Below are positions 26,621 to 32,000 of a DNA stretch of 32,000 bases, in pieces. Source of the stretch: Ignicoccus hospitalis KIN4/I. Lineage in GTDB: Archaea > Thermoproteota > Thermoprotei_A > Sulfolobales > Ignicoccaceae. The position numbers and the translations under genes were made by a program. Position 1 is the first letter of the stretch; every line of letters starts with the position of its first letter. The stretch is taken from the NCBI RefSeq assembly GCF_000017945.1, contig NC_009776.1, forward strand, positions 690,001 to 722,000, read 5' to 3'. The notes below the pieces were generated by a model that searched no databases, was not told the DNA's origin, and worked only from the letters and a program-made list of their open reading frames with translations.

Positions 26621-27616
26621 TTACTCCTTCTTCTTCCTCAACTTAGGCACCAAGAACGCAGCTGCCAGAGCGACGGCCGAAATCTCCGATGTGTTCGGCG
26701 TAGTAGTGGTTGATACTGGCTGAGGGGTATACCTCACTACTCGGTACATCTCAATCTTGCCGTTTGAATACCCAACTGCTAGCCTGTCCTTCCACCAAGC
26801 GACGTTCCAAATTCCCTCCATCCTCTTGAAGTAGACCAAGTTTCCGTTTATGTCGAATATCTTGAGCATGTTATTTCCATTATCAGCCACCGCTATGTAC
26901 TTACAGCCCGGAGAGAAGGCCGGGGTATGCTCGTTCCCACCAACGCCCAATCTACTTCTATTCCACAGCAACCTAGGATTGGCTGGATCCGAAATGTCGT
27001 AAACGTAAAGCTCCTTGGCGATTACTGCTAAGTAGTTTCTGCAAGCGTTAACGCTTCCAGATGGGTAATCATAGCCTATTTCATTGACTATTTCTCCAGT
27101 GTTCAAGTCCAGTATTTGGAGCTTTTTGCCACCTTCGTTAGCCGCGTAAACGTAGCCCTTATGGACTACTACGTCTTCAACATAATCACCAACTCCGGTG
27201 TCCCAGTACTTGTATCCGCTGAAGTCGTACTTGGCGCAATAGTAATCGCAAGCTACGAAGGCGTTACCGAAGAGGGCAATTGCTAAATCGTGACTGTCTC
27301 CAACCTCTATCTTCTTCCAGAAGGTTCCGTCCTCCTTGAAGAGGTAGACGTAGTCATCGGTATTAACGAAGCCGAACACTCTGTTGGAGTAGCCGGCCCC
27401 AGCCATAATGCCTCCTCCGCACTCCTTCCCCAACAAGTTCCCGTTGGGATCAACGATGTAGGCGCAATTGTCCCAAGAGGCTATTCCCAAGTTGCCGTTC
27501 GGTGAGAAGACCATGTCCTCAATGGCGTTGTTAGGCTCACTGAAGGTCCACAGGAGCTTCAGGTCAAGCGCGTGAAGTACGGCCAATAGCAGCAGAGCTG
27601 CTGCCAGCGCCCTCAC
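26621..27616 (-). CDS. Exported beta-propeller protein (LVIVD/PQQ-like repeats) with a C-terminal Thr-rich anchor
   Basis: Signal peptide MRALAAALLLLAVLHA. Repeated strand motifs, including ELYVYDISDPANPRLL (LVIVD-like), YVYAANEGG, IAVADNGN and KIFDINGNL. C-terminus is TTTTPNTSEISAVALAAAFLVPKLRKKKE. GTG start. Confidence 0.8.
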   Translation of the reverse strand: MRALAAALLLLAVLHALDLKLLWTFSEPNNAIEDMVFSPNGNLGIASWDNCAYIVDPNGNLLGKECGGGIMAGAGYSNRVFGFVNTDDYVYLFKEDGTFWKKIEVGDSHDLAIALFGNAFVACDYYCAKYDFSGYKYWDTGVGDYVEDVVVHKGYVYAANEGGKKLQILDLNTGEIVNEIGYDYPSGSVNACRNYLAVIAKELYVYDISDPANPRLLWNRSRLGVGGNEHTPAFSPGCKYIAVADNGNNMLKIFDINGNLVYFKRMEGIWNVAWWKDRLAVGYSNGKIEMYRVVRYTPQPVSTTTTPNTSEISAVALAAAFLVPKLRKKKE

Positions 27617-27755
27617 TTTTCTTTCTTCCTCAAGTCGGGGCTACTGATGGACTTTCTCTAATAAGTTTTTGCTATAACAGCCGAATGTTTAACGGACAGT
27701 ATAGTTTTTAAATACCCTCAATACAGTCTAAAATGTCCTAAATTTAGCTTTAGCG

Positions 27756-28067
27756 CTAGGTACGAGGGGCCTGTAAACCAATAGAAGCGTTCCACATCGG
27801 CTCAAGCCCTATCTTCTTTAAGTTCTCGCTGTTGGTTACACAGTACTTCATGGGGGTTTCGTCATTAGAGTATGGCCGGAATGTGTTATCTGTCCCCCAG
27901 ATCTTGAACTGTGGTACTACGCTGCTTATTTCTTTCCAAGTTATAGTTCCGTTGTCCGCACACGCTCCTAGTTGGTTGAGTGCGTCAACGAACGCGGTTG
28001 GCGCTATTCCGTTCATATCACACTTGAAGTAATCAGGGTTATAGAGCACTCCCGTATCTAACAGCAC
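27756..28067 (-). CDS. Orphan ORF or possible gene remnant (103 aa)
   Basis: GTG start, no signal peptide, no motif. A TATA-like ctataaa (minus strand) lies about 65 nt upstream. Flanked by a 10-bp inverted repeat and an 11-bp direct repeat. Confidence 0.3.
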   Translation of the reverse strand: MLLDTGVLYNPDYFKCDMNGIAPTAFVDALNQLGACADNGTITWKEISSVVPQFKIWGTDNTFRPYSNDETPMKYCVTNSENLKKIGLEPMWNASIGLQAPRT

Positions 28068-28412
28068 TATGCCTACGTCTTGCGGAGCTACGACGGCGTT
28101 CTAGGGAGTAGGGTCGGTGATGGCAGTTAGTTTATAGCGTTAATTAGGTTTAGCTTTAGATCCAAGGACATTTTTGCTCGATTAGAACTGCTCGAAAGCT
28201 ACTAACTTTGTGAATATTAATACAATACAACATGGATTGCGAAGATCAGTACAGTTAGGTGATAGAAACTGGAAAGCTTGGGCTTTTCTGTTTGGGTGTA
28301 CAGTCTTTAGTACCGATATATTTTATGGAATTTTTCTATCTGGAATCATTACTGATATCGCAAAAGCCAAGGTTTAGAAAATCGAAAACCGAGATTAGGT
28401 CGTTACTGCACA

Positions 28413-29333
28413 ATGGCTTATATATTAGCTAGAGAATGCACCGGGCTGAGGGAAGTGAGGATGAGGTCGTGGCTAGTGTTGTCAGCGATGATTGCCCTCG
28501 CAACTGCTCGGGTTTACATAGTGTTCCCAGTGACAACAACCACCGTTAGTTATACGATGTTGCAACCTAATAATACTATGATAGCGTTCGAGGGTGACTG
28601 CTTCCCTTATGGTTTCACGGCAACTCTGATCTACAGATCCAACATAAGTGCGACTACTACCACGGTGGACGCGGGTACCGTTTACACGGCTGGTACATTA
28701 CTACAACCAGAGATTCAGAACGTTGTAACGTTAACCCAATTACCGAATGCCATAGAGAATGGGATAGTTAAGGTCTTCTGTGTTAATGCGCGGCAAAGAG
28801 TATATGCTATCTCCAGTACAGTCCAAACCATAAGCGTGTCAGGCGTTGTTACCAATACCATCAGTTACGTAACGACCAAAACGTATATGATACCTACTGT
28901 TGCATCAGAGGTGTACCCTCCCGGAATAACAGCCTATAAAACCACCTATGCCACAACTTCAGCTCACTTCATCACTACCACTAAGGTTACCTTTACAACC
29001 AGCGGTGCTATTGAAACTACAATAACTCTCAGTAATCTCATAACAGAAAATCCCCTAAGAGGGTTAGAGATGCCCGCCAATCCGATTTCTGCAGTGATAA
29101 CTACCCCATCCACAGTACTAACCGCTGTACATGATGTCCTTGAAATGTTGATACCAGTGACAGTGAGCGCAATAGCTGAAGGGAGTAAACCCATGACTAC
29201 AAATGCCGCCGACACAGCGACCACCACAGTTACAGGTAGCATTCCCGCGCCAATACTGCTAGCCTTTGCTTCAGCAATACTAACTAAGAGATTTAAAAAA
29301 TCTTCAAAAAAGGTTGTCGTTACTGCCAAGTAG
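28413..29333 (+). CDS. Exported Thr/Val-rich surface protein with a C-terminal anchor
   Basis: The internal ATG at 28461 gives the signal peptide MRSWLVLSAMIALATA. The body is rich in T/V/I beta-strand-like segments and N-x-S/T sequons. C-terminus is TATTTVTGSIPAPILLAFASAILTKRFKKSSKK. Confidence 0.75.
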   Translation: MAYILARECTGLREVRMRSWLVLSAMIALATARVYIVFPVTTTTVSYTMLQPNNTMIAFEGDCFPYGFTATLIYRSNISATTTTVDAGTVYTAGTLLQPEIQNVVTLTQLPNAIENGIVKVFCVNARQRVYAISSTVQTISVSGVVTNTISYVTTKTYMIPTVASEVYPPGITAYKTTYATTSAHFITTTKVTFTTSGAIETTITLSNLITENPLRGLEMPANPISAVITTPSTVLTAVHDVLEMLIPVTVSAIAEGSKPMTTNAADTATTTVTGSIPAPILLAFASAILTKRFKKSSKKVVVTAK

Positions 29334-29664
29334 GCAAATGCCGCCAACTAATCGTTTTTAATTTCTTTCCTTTCGTAAGGAAGTTCTGCATGAAAGAGGT
29401 GTGATGGCATACGGAACATCTGAAATATTAGATAGGCAATACAATAATATACGATATAACGATTGTGATCGCTGTAATTTAGAGAATCGCGATACTCTGG
29501 TTATTACCCCAACTTAGTACTTTAGAGCACATTATAATTTGCGGTCTAGACATACAAACGCAGAAGACCGATATGAAGTTTAACATGATATCAAACTAAT
29601 TCCCAACGCCGAAATTTATATGTAGAGATACGATACTAGATAATGTTCGCTCGAGGAAGGAGAG

Positions 29665-30121
29665 ATGAGAGTATTGGCAACAACTCTGCTGCTAGCTCAC
29701 CTACACCGACACCGTCACTAGGTGGATCGTTTATACAACGACGTACACCACCACTAAGACTTTGGGACCCAAAACCGTGACCGAAGTTTACACGACCACC
29801 TACACTACCACTAAGGTACTCGAGAGGCATCCTATAACAGAGACCGTCACAGAGGTCATAACTAAGCCCATAACTTCCGTAGTGACGTCGGTAGAGACAG
29901 TCACTGAGACTATCACTAGAACGCTCCTAACGGCCACCACGCTCTCGACGACCATACTCCTCACTACGACTAACTTGACCCTTACGAGCGTTACGACCAC
30001 CACCGTGGTGTCTCAAGTTACTAACGTGTACATACCGACGGTAGCGCTGCTCGGCGCCCTCATAGCGGCCAAGCTCGGGATTAGGAGGGAGGGGAGGGTT
30101 TGGGAGTTTTTAAAACAGTAG
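29665..30121 (+). pseudogene. Thr-rich anchored surface protein whose signal peptide and body are in different frames (+1 shift near 29693-29700)
   Basis: ATG 29665, preceded by gaggaaggagag and tttatat, encodes MRVLATTLLLAHLHRHRH-stop in frame 1. Frame 2 is open from 29696 (LTYTDTVTRWIVYTTTYTTTKTLGPK...), which is upstream of the tracked TTG at 29762, and it ends in TVALLGALIAAKLGIRREG. Confidence 0.65.
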
Positions 30122-30340
30122 GTTTCGCGTAGTCGAAACTTATGCATAGTGAGGCTACGTCACCACCTAAATCCCTCGCTTGGCCTTAACGTTCCTCTAT
30201 AAGCCCGCCCGAGTTCCCACTTGGCCCTTCCTCCATACAGCTTATATAAAGATGAGCGTTGAGTAACGCTAAGGCGATCTTGATCTATGTATGAAGGCTT
30301 ACGAGGTTATTTTAGGTGGTTTTTTCAGGGCTAGGGTCAG

Positions 30341-30574
30341 CTAAGCCTTAACTTCTGCTTCGGCCTTCTCGACCCTAATGCTGTCAGTGGGACAGTTCTC
30401 CACGCAAGCCATACATCCTATACAAGCCTCTTCCCTAACGACTTCGCTCACCAACCTGAAGTATTCGCCGTCCTTAACCATCTTTATTTCAAAAACGTCC
30501 GTCGGACATATCTGGGCGCAGACGCTACACCCTATACAAGTCTCCTTTTTGACGCTCACCTTGAACGCGGTCAC
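30341..30574 (-). CDS. fdx: 2x[4Fe-4S] ferredoxin
   Basis: CIGCSVCAQICP and CIGCMACVENCP. 77 aa. GTG start, with actataag about 40 nt upstream. Confidence 0.9.
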   Translation of the reverse strand: MTAFKVSVKKETCIGCSVCAQICPTDVFEIKMVKDGEYFRLVSEVVREEACIGCMACVENCPTDSIRVEKAEAEVKA

Positions 30575-30739
30575 TCTTGAATACCCCTTCTCGACACATT
30601 ACGGGGCTTATAGTTATTGGCGGTTAGGGGGATGAGGTGGCCGATTTGTGCGCTCGACTGATGACGAATGTGGGACCTCGCCGACCCGTGCCTTACTTTT
30701 AATATATTGGCTTGGAGCGCGTGGCTAGGGAGAGCCGGG

Positions 30740-31099
30740 ATGAGCTTGGACGCCCAAGCGCAAAAGCTGTTAGCTCAATACCAGCAACAGCAAGAGGTCT
30801 ACCAGAGCTTGGTCCAGCAGAGGGTACTGCTGGAGGCCGAGCTCAAAGAGCTTAAGAAGGTCTTAGAAGAGCTCGAGAAGCTCCCAGAGGACGCCGAGCT
30901 TTATAAGAACGTGGGCCACGTCCTATACAAAACCAAGAAGGACGATTTGGTTAAGGAAATAAAGGACAAGATAGACCTCATAGAGGTGAAGCTGGCCGGC
31001 CTGAAGAAGCAAGAGGAGCTCGTCAAGAGCGAGTTAGAAAAGCTCCGCCAGCAGTTGCAGAAGGTGTTGAGCGGTGGAGGGCTGGCAGGAGGAGGTTGA
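30740..31099 (+). CDS. pfdB: Prefoldin beta subunit
   Basis: MSLDAQAQKLLAQYQQQQEVYQSL...LYKNVGHVLYKTKKDDL...LEKLRQQLQ is a coiled-coil / beta-hairpin / coiled-coil pattern. ttttaatatatt lies 30-40 nt upstream of ATG 30740, so the tracked start at 30668 lies upstream of this promoter. Confidence 0.85.
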   Translation: MSLDAQAQKLLAQYQQQQEVYQSLVQQRVLLEAELKELKKVLEELEKLPEDAELYKNVGHVLYKTKKDDLVKEIKDKIDLIEVKLAGLKKQEELVKSELEKLRQQLQKVLSGGGLAGGG

Positions 31100-31364
31100 G
31101 AAAGTAGTAGAAGCCCTCCTCAAGGCTTCTGAGCGCGTCGAGGAAGAGGTCAAGAAGAGGTTGGGCGAGAGGGCCCAAGACCTCGACCTAGAGATAGTTG
31201 TCGAGGTGGACGAGGAAAAGAGGGTAGACGCCAGCTTGGAGGTCAAGGGCCTGAGGTCGAAGTACTCTTACGAGGAGGTGGTGGAGGAGGCCCTCGATGC
31301 GGGAATGCAAGAGCTTGAGAGGAGATTTACTAGCGAAGGGCAAAGAGATCTTAGAGAGGCTTAA
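31074..31364 (+). CDS. Small acidic protein, DUF3194-like (typically follows pfdB in archaea)
   Basis: 96 aa with a GTG start overlapping the pfdB end. DLDLEIVVEVDEEKRVDASLEV fits my recollection of the family. Position is conserved after prefoldin beta. Confidence 0.55.
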   Translation: MEGWQEEVEKVVEALLKASERVEEEVKKRLGERAQDLDLEIVVEVDEEKRVDASLEVKGLRSKYSYEEVVEEALDAGMQELERRFTSEGQRDLREA

Positions 31365-32000
31365 ATCTGAGAAGGCGGCAGTCGTAGTCCATAGACACGC
31401 CGACCCGGACGCGGTCGCCTCTGCGGCTTTCTTCTGGCGCGCGGGCGCGGTGCCCTACGCCCCCGGGGGCCTCTCTTCCTTGGGCAGGAGGGTCGCCGAG
31501 TCAGTTGGCATGGAGTTCCGCGAAGGGCCTATAGAGGAGGAGTGGATGATAATAGTGGACACCGCTTCGAGCTCCCAGCTGCCTGGAGTCGACTTGACGA
31601 AGGAGTACTGTAGGGTAGACCACCACGCCCAGGGAGACTTGAAGCCGTGCTTGGTCGATCCGGAGGCCAGCTCAACTTCTGAGATAGTCAGCCTCCTCGC
31701 CCGGGAGCTGGGCGTGGAACTGGACGAGAGGATGGCGAGGGCACTGATGCTGGGCATATATGTAGATAGCAAGGGCTTTAAGCTCTCGAGGCCTCAGACG
31801 TTCAGCGCAATGGAATACTTGAGCGAGTTCGCGAAGCTCAGCGACGCGCTAAAGATGCTTCCGTCCGAAAAAGAGGAGGACTTGGGTACTAGGATAGCCA
31901 AGCTGAAAGCTTGTGAGAGGCTCACTTACAGGAAGGTGAAGGACTATATAATCGCGGTAACTAGGGTAGGAGCTAACGAAGGCGCGGTCTTGAGGACCTT
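31297..32000 (+). CDS. DHH-family phosphoesterase (3' end beyond the window)
   Basis: My own translation of the frame open to the window end: ...AAVVVHRHADPDAVASAAF (motif I), IIVDTAS (motif II), RVDHHAQGD (DHH motif III). ATG at 31297, alternative TTG at 31315. Confidence 0.8.
   Translation, partial: MRECKSLRGDLLAKGKEILERLKSEKAAVVVHRHADPDAVASAAFFWRAGAVPYAPGGLSSLGRRVAESVGMEFREGPIEEEWMIIVDTASSSQLPGVDLTKEYCRVDHHAQGDLKPCLVDPEASSTSEIVSLLARELGVELDERMARALMLGIYVDSKGFKLSRPQTFSAMEYLSEFAKLSDALKMLPSEKEEDLGTRIAKLKACERLTYRKVKDYIIAVTRVGANEGAVLRT

Noticed and set aside
27990-28100. A subtilase-like D-T-G motif (VGIVLLDTGV) at the start of the orphan ORF
   Set aside because: No downstream HGT or GTS catalytic motifs are present. 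The ORF is only 103 aa, and upstream frames are full of stops. The resemblance is probably chance.
28964-30003. Minus-strand Val-rich ORFs (28964-29347, 29636-29830, 29800-30003)
   Set aside because: They are antisense images of Thr-codon-rich (ACN) genes. The plus-strand products have signal peptides and anchors, and these ORFs do not.
30636-30700. Possible C/D-box sRNA (GATGAG ... CTGATGA) in the ferredoxin / pfdB spacer
   Set aside because: No terminal CUGA D box lies at the required distance of about 12 nt, and there is no terminal stem. The region is better explained as two divergent promoters.
30668-30739. The tracked upstream start for prefoldin beta (MWDLADPCLTFNILAW...)
   Set aside because: This extension is not prefoldin-like, and it lies upstream of the TATA-like ttttaatatatt. 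The ATG at 30740 is the likely start.
31455-31772. Minus-strand 105-aa ORF
   Set aside because: It is antisense to the DHH phosphoesterase frame, which carries DHH motifs I-III.
1-32000. CRISPR arrays, rRNA genes, IS elements, integrases and transposases
   Set aside because: No regularly spaced 25-40-nt repeats, no rRNA-like sequence, and no DDE or tyrosine-recombinase-like ORF were seen on either strand.

Overview
This is a gene-dense archaeal chromosome segment with crenarchaeote-type content, possibly Desulfurococcales-like; the lineage cannot be confirmed without a database search. Archaeal markers include L21e, L37Ae, Nep1, Pcc1, a GPN-loop GTPase, prefoldin beta, Dph6, type-2 IPP isomerase and TATA-box promoters.

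About 80% of the window is high-GC housekeeping sequence. A sampled 60-nt line there is about 63% GC. Genes are tightly packed, with many GTG/TTG starts and GTGA stop/start overlaps at 9797, 11677 and 18441. The core genes, in order:
- hisF (5' partial), a GT4 GlcNAc-1-P transferase, L21e, a PTPS/QueD-like protein and a KH/Dim2-like protein
- Dph6, 6-phospho-3-hexuloisomerase, a radical-SAM protein and Nep1
- tRNA-Glu(UUC), the L37Ae-Brix-Pcc1 cluster and a GPN GTPase
- HtpX and an MFS-like permease
- a three-gene molybdopterin oxidoreductase operon (NrfD-like anchor, catalytic subunit, 4x[4Fe-4S] subunit)
- type-2 IDI, hisB, a ferredoxin, prefoldin beta and a DHH phosphoesterase (3' partial)

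The most interesting part is a low-GC island at about 23.7-30.3 kb, where sampled lines are 37-45% GC and AT-rich spacers are unusually long. Its main features:
- It encodes only exported surface proteins: an internally duplicated lectin-like 653-aa protein, a beta-propeller, and two Thr/Val-rich proteins, one of them frameshifted.
- These proteins share a Thr-rich linker, a short hydrophobic segment and a basic tail at the C-terminus, which is a candidate undescribed sorting signal.
- It also contains a phased 10-bp hexamer array next to a promoter, and an inverted/direct repeat pair around an orphan ORF.

Secondary observations:
- the oxidoreductase catalytic subunit has no Tat signal
- several enzyme homologues lack their catalytic motifs (TtuA/Ncs6-like, NadX-like, QueD-like)
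- a protein with a lipobox-like signal
- an untracked 59-codon ORF with a prepilin-like N-terminus
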